NCBI GenBank assembly: GCA_964016885.1
Contig: OZ024745.1
Span: forward strand, 61,008,001-61,072,000
Length of the DNA stretch: 64,000 nt
DNA from: Eledone cirrhosa
Taxonomy: Eukaryota
Direction of reading: 5' to 3'
The translations under genes and the position numbers were made by a program. The notes beneath the pieces were generated by a model. The model made no database searches. It worked only from the letters and a program-made list of their open reading frames with translations, and was not told where the DNA came from. The number at the start of each line of letters is the position of its first letter. The stretch's first letter is position 1. Of this stretch, positions 1 through 13,643 are shown in pieces.

Positions 1-554
1 TCTAATTTTAGCCTTATTCTTTATTTAATTTTCTTTAGTTTATATAAAACTGTTTATTTGGTTAAACATACAGAAAAAGAGAGCAATATTGGAAAGGACT
101 ATAAATGTCATAAATGAGAGGGGAAGAGGAAGAACTACGATAAAAAGAAAGGAGAAAGGGGTGACAGACTTCACACCTATGTCAGTGAAATGTTTCGGCT
201 GTGTCACGGACAAAATGCCAAAGGCATTTTATTTATATCATAAGAAATACGTGTTTATGCATACACACACATGTACGTCTTTGATACCTAATCAATTACT
301 CAATTCATTTATATTCAAATTTAGTTGTAAATTATTGCAGATACAACAGACCAAATTCAATTCATTCTTCCTATGCATAAACTGCTAATGTTTCATGCAG
401 GTCTCTCTTCTCTCCTTTCCACACTACTGATGTTATCAAAAAAGGAAAGGAAAGACAAAGCTGACTGTGGCAAGATTTGAAACCCGGACTACTCAAACAA
501 ATGCAGTGAAGCAATTAATCCAATGCTGTAATGACTTAATCAATTTGCCTTATA

Positions 555-739
555 CAGGTAAAATTCTGTTTTAACGAATACCATAACAAATTTTTCAATA
601 TAACAACATTTTTTTCAATCCCCGAGGTAATAACAAACAAATGCTCAATTTATTTCACTCAATCTTGTTATAAAGAGTTTTTTGTTACAACAAATTTTTT
701 TTTATACCCAGTGAATTTCGTTATAACAGAATTTCACTG
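555..739. mobile_element. Tc1/mariner(pogo)-type MITE
   Basis: Imperfect TIRs CAGGTAAAATTCTGTTTTAACGAA / TTCGTTATAACAGAATTTCACTG, flanked by TA on both sides; no ORF. Confidence 0.65.
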
Positions 740-744
740 TATAT

Positions 745-1075
745 AAACCATCATTGTTTTAATGGGCCTTTCTTGCTGCTTGCAAAAATTGGTTAGGACT
801 GTCATACAGCTTATTGCCACTTATCTTGATTGTTTGGTATTTTAAGATCTGACTTCACCACTTTCTATGTCATTCTCAGTCTCCTACAATGGGCATCTTC
901 CACATTTAATACATAGCTCTTTAGCACTTATCATTTATCCTCCATTCACATCATATTAGCAGTCACCTCTCCTGCATACATTGACTTTTCATAGCCATCT
1001 TCTTTCCTAGCTCACATATACTCTGCTTTCCATGCAAGATAACACTACACATCCAACATGTACTTGACACATTTC
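745..1075 (-). mobile_element. Old degenerate RTE-type LINE 3' fragment
   Basis: Minus-strand translation has EDLPRNVSSTCWMCSV...QSICEL, a decayed version of the EDLRRLERNEACMLRWMC...QSINEL of the younger copies at 25-28 kb. Confidence 0.55.
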
Positions 1076-1590
1076 TTGGTAGATCTTCTACATTTAATAT
1101 CCACATTTCACTTTTATCTAATATAACACATTTTTCTATTTTCATGGAAATAGCATTTTATTATTGCTTCATATTGAGTCAGCTCTGTTTAAATAGAACT
1201 TTGGTAATAAGTATTTCAGTCTAGCACTAATTAGGTTACCTTGATAATAGAAATTACACTGAACAAATCATCTGGGAAATTTAAGAACTTCATTCAATGG
1301 GTGTTGCTAGCAGTAACTGCTTCTATGTTTCTATCACATCTGAAATCCTTATTCTGTGCCGGTTTACCAGAGATCCCATAGTTTGTAACAAAAGGGTTAA
1401 GGTTTGAAATCATGATCTTGTGATTAGTAGTTTAGTACCTTGATCTCACAGCTACTATGCTGCTAGCAAGACTAGGAAGTCAACAATATGTTTCACAGCC
1501 AACAGTTTCACTTTCATGTTCATAAAAATCTGTTTTTATCTTTTTATCTTCCAGAGATTATCAAAATAAGTACTACTGTACTGTGGGGAG

Positions 1591-2677
1591 TTGTTGTCAC
1601 TTTTTCCAATATACAACAGTTCCTGCTTCTTTGAATTAGAATGATGTGGTCTAACCCATGCTAGTGTGGAAAATGGACGTTAAACAGTGATGATGATGAT
1701 GATGATTATTATCACCCTGTCTAAGCTTACAAAATCCATCTATCTCTCCTCTCATCATCCTTTCTGTTCTGAGTTCAAACCCTGCAGAGATTAGTTTTGC
1801 TTCATCCTTATGAGGTCAATAAAATAAAGCACCAATAACACACTGGGGTCGATTTAATTGACTTTTCTCTCCTCTTCAAAATGCTGGCCTTTATTTAAGC
1901 TGGCACATTACTGCACCAGCTCCTAAAATTCTTGCACTTAACCCTTTAATGTTCAAACCGGCCAGAATTCTCTACTTCTTTCTGTTCAAACTGGCTGTAA
2001 CTGGCCACTCATACTGATGTTAAGGTATTGTTCTCAAAATAAATACTTTCAAAATCTCATAGATTCGATATTATGTGAGATAATTATGCGAGGTAAAGCC
2101 TTTACCATGAAAATATAATAGTATATATAGAGTAATGTGAAGCTAAAGGGTTAATTCAGCCTCCCGTCTTCCATCACGATGATACAGAGTATTTCTTATT
2201 GCCAAATATACAATTCTGCTTGGCTTTAACTTTCCTTCTCTGTTCCTTCTCATTGTTTTAACAAATCATGTAAAGATATCTACTTGATGGGAAACTACAT
2301 TTGGTGTCAACTAGCAATTAACACACGATATTCACTGTAACCAACCAATCACATTTCACAACAGCTTGAGTCAATTCTCATCATGCAGACATTGTCTTGA
2401 GTTTCTAGTAGAACACTTTCAGCTCCACCACAATGTGTTATTGATGCTTTATTTTATTGACGTAAGGATGAAGCAAAGCTAATCTCTGCAGGGTTTGAAC
2501 TCAGAACAGGAAGGATGATGAGAGGAGAGACAGATGGATTTTGTAAGGTTAGACAGGGTGATCATCATCATCATCATCACTGTTTAACGTCCATTTTCCA
2601 CACTAGCATGGGTTAGACCACATCATTCTAATTCAAAGAAGCAGGAACTGTTGTATATTGGAAAAAGTGACAATAAC
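1591..2677. repeat. Local inverted duplication: ~255-bp arms (~1591-1845 and ~2430-2677)
   Basis: TTTTCCAATATACAACAGTTCCTGCTTCTTTGAATTAGAATGATGTGG... recurs as its reverse complement at the right arm, including the same junctions between unique DNA, a (GAT)n retro tail and a SINE piece. Confidence 0.9.
1942..2150 (+). mobile_element. piggyBac-type MITE, family A (~200 bp)
   Basis: TTAA|CCCTTT...AAAGGG|TTAA termini. Related copies at 18505-18710, 20623-20832, 21702-21903 (reversed), 35684-36243 and 55016-55204. Confidence 0.8.
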
Positions 2678-4821
2678 ACAGATTGCTCATTTGGTTATCA
2701 GGTGTCTTCTTGATTTGGAACCTGTATCCCTATGGACTCATTATTCTGGTAAAATCTCTGCTCAACATATGTGCGTGCGCATGTGTGCTGAGGAATTTTT
2801 TATCCCAAGGTTAATCCTGATTGGGGAGGCCTGTGATCAAAGACACTCCACTGGTTACTATCTTGTCTTTGCATTTTCAGGCATAGTGTATCTAAGATAA
2901 TGTCATACAATAGGACCTGTTATAAAGCAATAGAGTAGTATTTGAAGGAGACTTTACTACTATTCTTAGCAGTTCAAGCAACCATGTAAAGGCTCCGTCG
3001 TAATAGGAAAATAAAGAGTATTTGCATTTAATATAAGCTTTTACAAATATCCTGTTTGGTTTCATTGCTTACTATACCACACTGTAGATATTGTAAATTG
3101 TACAGCTAATGAAAATAATAGTTCTGTAACTCTGAAAATAAAATGATTTACCAATATTGATAGCATGTTGAAAACAAATATTCCCCAACTTTTGTACATA
3201 TTCAAATACACACACACACATTTTGTCACATACTCTCACTCACTGACTCCATGTTTCACTCATCAAATACTATAAAACAGCTGGTTTCTTATCTCTGTTA
3301 TATCTCTATTGCTATTTATTTAGTTTTGTAGTCAAATCAAATCTATTTAAAGACTGCCAATACTGTTATGATCAAAGAGAACCATTACACTCTGGGGAAT
3401 TGGTGTTGTATTTGTTTTCAGTTTGGCCTCTATTTCATTTATTGTAGTCCATAAATACACAAGCCCATCCTAATAAATTCTGCTCATTGTTTATTCAATT
3501 CTGTTCATTACACAGTTCTTTTATTCCACAAATATTCAACAAATCTATTACATTCACATTTTATATTGCCAGTTTTCTTTTCCGTTTTCAATTTTTTTGT
3601 TTTTGTGTAAATAAATATGGAATAATATCAACAAAAAAACCTTGTCACTTTTAGCAGACACACTGTTTAGTGTTTTGTCTAGCTGTTTCAATTTTTTATA
3701 ACACGGAACAACTGTTAATTATCTGTTTCTATATTTTATTAGAATCTGTATAAAATGATTGAAAATTTATTCTGGTAATAATAATGTTTTGTTTTGTTTT
3801 GTTTTGTTTTCCTCCATAAATGTTTGTTTCCTCCATGCCATGTTCATTTTGTTGTTTGTCTTCTTGTTTAGGTTAAGAGTTTGTTGACTGTACCGTTGAG
3901 AGTTTGTTGTTATTGTTGTTTTTTGTTTCTACTTTCCCTTCTAACAAATCCAATGCTACACACACTACCTCACTGGCAACTGTTGTTCAAATCTCAGCAA
4001 TCCCCCCCCCCCCCCTCGTTTCAAAGAACATTCTGTTCTGGATGAGTCACAGAAAATATTTAACTTGAGTGCATCAATGTACTTTATACACCTATTGGAA
4101 TGTGAATACACTCATATATGTATACATACATAGAATAATTGCATGTATACATACATTCATGCATACATATCTATGTACACAAATACATGCAAATATACAG
4201 ACACATACATACTCACTCCCTGATATGCACGCACACACACACACACACACGCATACATATTTAGGATATACTCACTGATATATGCATGTGTGTACACATG
4301 CATGTAGATATGCAAACATACAGGCATACATCAAATAACACGAAAAATTAGAACTAAATTGTTAGAACTTGTGGTTTTATAGCTGGTTACTTCTTAATAT
4401 TGGTTTCTTTTGGCTAAGCACAGTCGATGTCAATTTTTAAATGCCAGTAATATACTGGCACTTATTCCAATTGACTGTACCTCTCTGATGTCGAAAGTGG
4501 TTATGTGTTTAGCTTGAAGAAATCAATATTGGATTTTATTGAGAAAGTAAAACAATCTAGAATGTACTTTATGTTACCAAATATAAGTTCTCTGAAATTA
4601 ATTATAATAATTGTATTTCTAGGTTTGCTAGTAAGTGTACCATTATTATGTTCTATCACTAAAGAACCCTCTCAAAATATTGTTCTCTCCTTTATTTCAT
4701 GGCATACCAGCAACATACATTTTGATGTTTTTATTTTCACTCTGATTCATGCTAATATACATTATTACTAACCTGCCAGTGACTAATGACTTTTCTTATA
4801 TACTAGTATTATATAAGAGTC

Positions 4822-5052
4822 GAAGGGCAGTGGATTGGTAGTACTAGTAGAGCATCAGACAATGTGCTTTGCAGCATAGCGTTACGGCTCTTTACGTTCT
4901 GAGATCAAATCCCCTGTGGTTAGCTTTGCTTTTCATCCTTACAGGATCGATAAAATAAAGTACCAGTAACACACACACACACTGGAGTGGATTTATTCGA
5001 CTTTCCCCTCCCCTCAAAATGATTAACCTTTTGCCTAAATCAGAAACCATTA
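4822..5052 (+). mobile_element. tRNA-derived SINE family 1 (Meta-domain-like core), older long subfamily
   Basis: Head GGGCAGTGGATTGG, B-box-like (GA)TCAAATCCC, core TTTCATCCTT...TCGATAAAATAAAGTACCAG, tail AGAAACCATTAT. Many copies across the window. Confidence 0.75.
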
Positions 5053-5264
5053 TATAGGGGTGCAATAATTAAAGATAGCAATATCTCTTAAAAGCAGGCA
5101 CACCTAGAAGTTTATATAACCCAATTATATACAATTCAACATCATTATTTAATGTCCATTTTCTATGCTAGCATAGGTTGGACAATTATATATCTAAATT
5201 TGAGATTTCAGTCTTTGCAATTTAAATCATCAAAATACATATTAATTAATTCTTAGTACAAGTT

Positions 5265-5606
5265 GTGCATATATTGATTAAAGATATAAATGAGTTGAAA
5301 TTTGCCATCAAAAACCTTGTCCAGGACCCCACATCTAAACCAGCTGGCTTTGACCTTCCTAGAAAGAAATGGGTGTCCCTTAATCGAATACACACAACAC
5401 ATGCCAACACAGCCCATCATCTCCATCAATGGAAAATGAAAGATTGCCCAGCATGTGACTGTGGGGACCTTGACCAGACAGTGCTGCATGTTGTTTGGGA
5501 TTGCCCTCTCAGATGCTTTCCTGGCAGCTTGGAGGACATCCATAATACTACAAATGACGCCTTGGCTCATCAATCTCTCTCTCCCTCTCTCTCTCGTTTT
5601 ATGTAA
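5265..5606 (+). mobile_element. Ingi/Vingi-like non-LTR retrotransposon ORF C-terminal fragment
   Basis: WVSLNRIHT...HQW...CPACDCG...QTVLHVVWDCP zinc-knuckle C-terminus. A decayed second copy lies at ~35140-35580. Clade assignment is from memory of the motif. Confidence 0.65.
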
Positions 5607-6280
5607 TACGTGAATTTGGTTTTGTTTCAACACCGAATCAGTATCTTACTCTCTTTTTACTCTGTGCCAAGTGGAATATAATAGTCCAATATATTGCCAG
5701 TAAACCGATACACACATTGTATATCTAAATTGCAGAAAAAATATATTTAGACACAAATTCAGTAAAATAGCTCTCTCTCTCTCAACTACTGAGGAAGTTG
5801 TTGGGGTGCCATATCGACATATGGCGTTTCTAAGGCATTTTAAAACCTGGTAGAACCCATCACCTTTCCAGGTCAGAATACAGCAAATTTTTTCCAGAGA
5901 AGGATAGCGAGAGAATGGAAGTGAGAAAGAGATATAGAGGAAGAATCAACCCCAGTACTTGACTGGTACTTTTTTTATCGACTTTGAATGGATGACCTTG
6001 ATGGAATTTGAACTCTGCAAAGCATTCTAGCTGACATTCTAATGACTCTGCCAATTTCACCTTTCAGTAAAATATACTAGACATATATTCAGGTATTTAA
6101 AAAAGCCAAATGAGAAAGATTCTACATGGTGGTTTATCCTGCTAGAAATAATAGCCAAATATCCTCAAATCACACATTAGCATCTTAAAAATAAACAAAA
6201 GACACATTGGATGATCTAGACCAAAATAAATAAGATGGGTTTGACAAAGCTGAAACACCTTCAATCATAGGTCTTCTTAA

Positions 6281-6512
6281 CCCTTTCATGATCGTATTTC
6301 TTATGAAATACATTCTATTTCAATTAATTAATGAAGAATTTTGAGGGATTTACTAAAATTATGAATTATTTCATTACTAAGATAGTTAACTTAATGTAAG
6401 GTTCTTATATAAAATTATGTTGGAAGATTTTAATTTAAATTGGAAACCTTTAAAATGGGTGTTTTATTTCATAGAACCAGGGCCAGTTTTGGTCGTGTTG
6501 GTAACTAAAGGG
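6281..6512 (+). mobile_element. piggyBac-type MITE, family B (~230 bp)
   Basis: TTAA|CCCTTTCATG...CTAAAGGG|TTAA. Copies at 7468-7681 (reversed), 19742-20096, ~30690-30806, ~34140-34332, ~43735-43935 and 56705-56924 (reversed). Confidence 0.8.
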
Positions 6513-6514
6513 TT

Positions 6515-6900
6515 AATCAGGGTTGACTTATGCTAAACAAAGACAGCAACAGTTGCATTAATACCTTCATATAACTGATATTGTGACAAATGTTTCAAAA
6601 TATATTAGTCTAACCTATGCAAAACTGAGTTTCAATCAGGGTTGACTTAAGCTAAACAAAGACAGCAACAGTTGTCCTGATACCTTCATATAAATTGACA
6701 TTGTGACACATTTAAAAAAATATATTAATCTAACCTATGCAAAACACAGTTATCTTGTCATAGGTCTGCTCAATCAGGGCTGACTTTAGCTAAATAAAGA
6801 CAGCAACAATTGCACTAATACCTTCATATAACTGATATTGTGACAAATGTTTCAAAATACATTAATCTAACCTACGCAAAACACAGTTATCTTGTCTCAT
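6515..6900 (+). repeat. Tandem triplication of a ~120-140-bp unit
   Basis: AATCAGGG(T/C)TGACTT..GCTAAA.AAAGACAGCAACA...TACCTTCATATAA...CTAACCTA.GCAAAAC starts at ~6515, ~6634 and ~6771. Confidence 0.85.
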
Positions 6901-9504
6901 TAGAAATAAAACAGTTATCATATCTAGAGGCAATATAAATTTGAAACATTCTTATCCTATTTCTCTGTAAACTAAGATAAAATATCTTGGAAGCAGCTTG
7001 CTGTTCAGTTATCAATTTAGTGTCACACAGATTAGCTTGCCTTGATTCCTCACTTTTTTCCTTTTTTGGCTTTTTCAACATTGCTTAAAAGATAATCTTT
7101 TCATATTGGTATCAAACATAAATGAACAAATGGGTTAGAGTGGAGTGGATTCAAGATATGAAAAGGTTTTATTATAAATCTTTGGAGTCTTTTGGATTGT
7201 ACTATCTTTATTTACTGCTGAATTTCCTTTTCATTGTTCCCTGTGGGTGGAGTTTGAAACTATCACATTGTTTTACTCTGTGCTATGCAAATCAAGTTCA
7301 GAATGCAGTCCCTTGCTTTGATTGCTAATTAATTGATACAAGTATTTCATCTCTCCAAATCAAGAATGATTTACTAAAATTATAATTTCTTTAGATGGTA
7401 TTTGTAACATAACAAAATATTCTTATATAAAAAGGATGTTTGAAGGTTTTAAGTAGGAACCCTTTAACCCTTTAGTTACCAACCCAGGTACTGTGAAACA
7501 AAACGCCCAATTTTAAAGGTTTCAAATTTAAATTCAAATCTTCCAACATAATTTTATATAAGGACTATACATTAAGTTACTGTCTTAGTGAAATAATAGA
7601 TAATTTTAGTAAATCCCTCAAAATTCTTCATTAACTAATTTAAATATAATGTATTTCATTAGAAATATGGTCATGAAAGGATTAAAATAGGTGATTTTGT
7701 TTCATGTTAACAGAGGTAGTTTGAGGTGGGTTAGTATCAAAAAGGTTAAGGTATTTAGAGTGGTGTTTTACCATTCTCTATGCATTTTCTGTTAAGGTTA
7801 AAGTTTATTGAATCGTGTCTCGATAAAATAAGCATTAGAGAAGAGCTGGAGTCAGTTAAGTTGAATGAACACTGACACCAAAAATTGAGGTTTTGCTCCC
7901 TAAATTAGAAATGGCGGCAGATGGCAGAATTGGTAGATTGGCAGGCAAGATGCTTTAAGGTATTTAGTTATATCCCTTTATTTTCTAAGTTTATGTCCCC
8001 ACCATAGTTGAAATTGTTTAATCCATCTGGGTGTAATAAAATAAATACCATTGGCAGTGCCCTAGTATGGCCTCAGCCAGTCGGCTGGAACACATAATGG
8101 AATAATAGAATAATTTCAGTACTGGAATCATTTACATCAAAATCCAAGTTTGTGTACATTTCTGTATCATCATTATCATCATCATGGCCACTTTTCCATG
8201 CTTGCATGGGTTGGACAAGTCTTCTCCAGTACAGCATTCCTCCACTTCTCTCTTTCTTTTGTCATTCTTTCATGAGGTTTAGCATCTTGAAATCTGCTTT
8301 CACCTCTTCTGTCTAAGTCTTTCTTAGGTTACCTCTAATATGTCTTTTTTCCACTCGAAACATGTGACACTTCTTCATTCTATGATCACCTTCCATTACA
8401 TTACATGCCTAGACTTATTACATACATTTATTTTCTCTTGCACACATCTAATTTCAAAGTGTTTATCTAAAAACCTTCCATCATAATTTTATATAAGAAC
8501 TTTTCTTCTTAATAATGAGAATTTTAGTTACATTACTAAATCCCTCCAAATTCTTGATTATTTTCAAAATTAATAGGGAAAATAAAAGGCAGTTTTTATT
8601 AGAAATATTCTACAAAAGGGTTAAAACACTGAAGAGACCTCCACTGTGATATAACCTCTCAGGAGGCCAGCTAAACCTACATAGGTGAGAGCTGTAAATA
8701 TCATTTCATTTCCTCTCTGCCAATTATTCTGAAAACAAAGCTAATTCTTTCAACCATTAACACAGTCACCAATAGGGATGGTTTTTACTTTTAAATATTA
8801 CAAATGTGAGAAAATTAAAACAATGAGTATAAAAGAAAAGAAAAATAAGGCAATGATAATAATAATAATTGTTTCTATTTTAGGCTCAAGGCCAGCAATT
8901 CTTTTGGGGAGAGAAAAGTCAATTAAATCAACCCAAGTGCATTACTGGTGTTTTATTTTATCGATCCCATAAGGTTGATAGGCAAAACTAATCTCGGCAG
9001 GATTTGAACTCAGAGCGTAAAGGGACGTAACTCAATGCCACAAAGTATGTCCGAATGAAAATCTAAACTATAATAAAATAAGAAGGACGGGACTGCGTAC
9101 GGTTTATAATTTTTTATCCCATTAGTAAAATAAGTTGGATTACTTTGAATAAATAATGAATGAATATTACATAATTTATCTACTAAATTTCGTGGCTGTT
9201 CATTAAATATATTTTATTATTTATTTAAAATTCACTTCTTTAAAATTTTCAAATGTCAACACTTGCGGTGGCGATCGTTTAAATAAATATATTAATTTTC
9301 TGTCACTAATTTTCTCCTAATGCAGTTTATATATAATATCATTTTATTTTTAATGTATCATGGATTACGTTACTGATTACATAAGCCAGTGTAACGCAGA
9401 CTCTCTTCAATTTCTGTGTATATTGTCAATTACGATTTTATTTGACGTATCATATCTTCATGTATATATACTTGCATATAATATCAATATACATACGACA
9501 AATG

Positions 9505-9540
9505 CTAGCAGAAAACCACCCGCGGGTGGTTTTCTGCTAG
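9505..9540. repeat. Perfect 36-bp palindrome with CTAG termini
   Basis: CTAGCAGAAAACCACCCG|CGGGTGGTTTTCTGCTAG is its own reverse complement. Confidence 0.95.
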
Positions 9541-11058
9541 TAAGATTAAGGATGGGAAAACTAAAAATAACATTTACTAAACATCAGTTTAAAATCTTCT
9601 TGTCATATGAGAGGCAGGCAAGTCAAGATCGATTGCAACCCATACTTGTTTCTGCGTAATCTAATTTTTGCATGTTGTACGATTGAGCGATGGGACATAT
9701 TGTTTAAGCAAAACATAAGCAAAGTCATACATACATACTGCATATACATACACATAAATACACACAAGACACAAAGGCAGGCCCACACACATGCTCACAT
9801 ATATGTATACACAGACGCATACAAAAAACACACAGAGACATAGACGCCAACACACATATACAGACACACACTCACAAACATATATGCAGGGACATAAATA
9901 CATATACATAGACATACATATATATATACAGACATACACACATATGCAGACACACACATATGGACATAAATACAGACACATGCAAATACACTTACACACA
10001 CAAACAAAATGTGTGCAGTCATATGTTCCAAGTAGTAGTGAACATTATTCTAATTGCCAATCTTATTGTGTCAATTCAACAAAGTACAACTTATAGTTTA
10101 TGAATGTCAAATATTCATACTTCGCCAACCCTAGTCCACTGTTATCACTGTGAAATCATAACTGAGTTTTACTGATCCACAAAGATAATGAATACAGCAA
10201 GTAGACTTACCTGACTGGCTCTACAATGAACATAATTTCTATAGTAGCTAGAGAAATACTCACATTTTGTCTTCATGAACTATTTTTATCTCAATTGGAA
10301 ACCACCTGTGAAAATCTGTTACAAAAGAAAAATGTATTGAGGATATTGAAAGTAAATCCGAATTTACTTACAAACTCTTGCAATCAACAACTTCAGTAAA
10401 CTTTATATTTAAATAACAATGTGAGGTTGAAGGCATTCAATGTGTGTTCTCATAAATTACCTCCCCCAAAACTGCACAAATAAACGGACAGCTGCATTTA
10501 CTCCATCGGATTACAGGAGTCTGTGATTTGCTAGCTTTCATTATTCCAGTTTTCTCTTTGATGTGACATCAACTAAAAAACTTCATTGACTCTGCTACAT
10601 TAGCTATTTCATATTGGCTAGCTATAACACAGGCTTTATCTACCCTACTGTAACAACCCATTTATATTTTTATAATGTATTAACCCCCCCCCCTCTATTA
10701 TATGTATGTGTATTTACATATATGTACATATATATGTGTGTGTGTATGTATATGAGTGTGTATTTGGCCAGACTTTCCTCATAATGTGGACGAACTGTCT
10801 GACTTGTACAAGCATGGCCAATAAGACGTTAAACAGTGGTGATGATGATATATATACATGTGTTTATATATAGGTATGTGTGTAAACCATAGTAGGGAGG
10901 TCAATATGTAAGTAGTGAGATTGACTAAAATTATTTTTGGTCTGTCTGGCTTATACTCCCATAAATAGATTTTTTTCACTTAAATTTAATATGTAATATT
11001 GCTTCTCTTTATCTATATATTTTATCCATTCATTGAGATGTTTAAGTATTAGAGATTA

Positions 11059-11400
11059 CCGTATTTTCCGGCGTCGAAGATGCTTCGTCCTCGAGGACGC
11101 ACCCTAATTTTGACAACCAAAAATTTGAATAAAAAAAAGTTTCTTCTTTTGGCACAAGGTCAGCAATTAACCAGTACATTACTGGTACTTTATTTATCGA
11201 CCTCCGTAAGGATGAAAGGCAAAGTTAACCTCGGCGGGATTTGAACTTAGACCGTAAAGGGACGTAACTATGCTAGAAAGCATTGCATCCAACCCTCTAC
11301 CGATACTGCCAAATAAACAACCTTTAGCCTCCAGGACGCATGGTAGATTTCTGAGACTTATTTTAGGAAAAAAGTAGCGTCTTCGACGCCGGAAATACGG
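11059..11400. mobile_element. Tc1/mariner-type MITE with a nested SINE (~11140-11312, minus strand)
   Basis: TA|CCGTATTTTCCGGCGTCGAAGATGCT ... AGCGTCTTCGACGCCGGAAATACGG|TA. The interior holds a family 1 SINE. Confidence 0.85.
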
Positions 11401-11410
11401 TAATTAATAT

Positions 11411-11449
<39 letters not shown>

Positions 11450-11684
11450 ATATGTGTAGATCCCGAGTTAAATCGGAAGTAATCACAGTTAAGGGACTCA
11501 ATACATTACTAGAATGTAAACATCATTATTTTATATAGCAATGGCTTCTGCAGGACTAAAACTATTTCATTTGTATGAAATCATCATTCCTGATTACCCA
11601 CTCTACTACCCTAAGTATTGAGTACTCTGGTGCGTTATTGTCCATCTGGTTCCTTACCACACCTCCTTCGTTATATATATATAT

Positions 11685-12845
11685 ATATTGTTATACTTGG
11701 GGAGGGTCATATTTGTGTAATAATATTGCCAGAATTAATAACAGAACACACTCACTGTTTGGTTGGTTTTCGCTTCTGTGTCTTTTATATCGGTTAATTT
11801 AATTTATTCGGTCCTAAATGTTACCATTGACTGGCTAGCGGTCAAAAATACAGATACAATATAGACACAAACACATATATATAGTCTATCAAAGTTCTTT
11901 CGTTGCACATCTGCAACAGCGTCAGTGGTGCTATTATGTTTCCTCCCGTTGCATTGTATGCCTACGTAATCTTTATTTATTTATTGATTTGTTTATTTTT
12001 TTGTCTTCTCTGCGTTTGCATGTGTGTATAGTGTTTTGTTTGATGTGTGTTCTTGTTTGGGTGACTGTGTATTGGTTAATGTATTCTATCTTAGTTTACT
12101 CGTGTGTTTATATGTGTTTGTTGTTATTGTGCTTGTGTATGTATTTATTTATTTATTTATTTATTTATTTATACTTCTCTTAGGTCAGTGTTGTTTGTTT
12201 GGGTGTTGTTATTCCATTCATTTTTTCTGTTTAGCCTTGGTTTTCTAAGTTCTAAACAGAAAAAATGAATGGAATAACAACAACACCCAAACAAACAACA
12301 CTGACCTAAGGGAAGTATAAATAAATAAATACATACACAAGCACAATAACAACAAACACATATAAACACACTAGTAAACTAAGATAGAATACATTAACCA
12401 ATACACAGTCCCCCAAACAAGAACACACATCAAACAAAACACTATACACACACGCAAACGCATGCGCAGAGAAGAGAAAAAAACAAACAAATAAATAAAT
12501 AAATAAATAAACAGACTAAATAAAGATGGCGTAGGCATACAATGCAACGGGAGGAAACAATAGCACCACTGACGATGTTGCAGATGTGCAACGAAAGAAC
12601 TTTGATAGACTATATATATGTGTTTGTGTCTATATTGTATCTGTATTTTTGACCGCTGCCCAGTCAATGGTAACATTTAGGACAGAATAAATTAAATTAA
12701 CCGATATAAAAGACACAGAAGCGAAAACCAACCAAACAGTGAGTGTGTTCTGTTGTTAATTCTGGCAATATTATTACACAAATATGACCCTCCCCAAGTA
12801 TAACAATATTTGTTTCGACACACGATTTCATATAAAAAACCTTGC
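11685..12845. repeat. Fold-back (inverted-arm) repeat element, copy 1: ~550-bp arms, 17-bp spacer; possibly Penelope-like
   Basis: 11685-12234 is the reverse complement of 12252-12809, with scattered mismatches and microsatellite indels. The right arm extends with TTGTTTCGACACACGATTTCATATAAAAAACCT. Flanked by (TA)n. Confidence 0.9.
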
Positions 12846-12847
12846 AA

Positions 12848-12890
<43 letters not shown>

Positions 12891-13612
12891 AACAATTCTA
12901 ACTTATAAGAAACGAGTAATGAAAATTTGCAATAATAATGTCTTTCCTAATAAAGAATATTACACAACTCACTCTCCCTCCCCCTATCCCCCTCCTCAGC
13001 CTCCCCTCTCTCTCTCAGTATCTGTGTGCAAGAGAACATATACATTCTCATTAATATACATTTGTTAACAATGAAATTCAAAAGAAACTTATTATGGCTA
13101 GCATGCTTGTTGGAACATCAAGAGATGCATTATTCAGTTCCTGCCAAGAAACAACTTCACTTTCCCTTTAACATAATGTTTTTAGAAATAAAAATAAAAA
13201 TAAAAATAAACATTATTATTGTTAAATGATTATAGAAAAAGTTTAGCTTTTATTTCTTGGAAGAGAGGAAAAAAGAGAGTTTTATGTTAATTTATACATG
13301 GCATCAGTGCTCTGATGTGGCCTCTGATCACATGACCTTATAACATACAAGCCACCACTTTGTTTCCTCCTTTGAGAATGCTTGCACAGTTGAAGTTGAG
13401 GACAAAAAGCCATATGGCATAACAACATAATAGAGGTCTAGAATAGAAATTCCCTTGCAACCAGGTTAGTCTGTCCTATATTGGTCTCGTCAGCCACCAG
13501 CAAGCCTGTAATAGACATGTTGCAGGCCCCTCCATAAATATTCGTTAGCCAAGTCAAGTCATGATACTGTGAGAGCATTGTTTTCAACAAGGTTAAGACA
13601 CACACTCATTCA

Positions 13613-13642
<30 letters not shown>

Positions 13643-13643
<1 letters not shown>

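Noticed and set aside
9603-9788. KYG motif as a candidate DOCK first exon
   Set aside because: It is on the wrong strand relative to the DOCK exons and has no suitable donor site.
10205-10312. Possible minus-strand small exon (acceptor near 10305, donors near 10263 and 10210)
   Set aside because: Splice-like motifs only, with no recognisable peptide; expected by chance in 64 kb.
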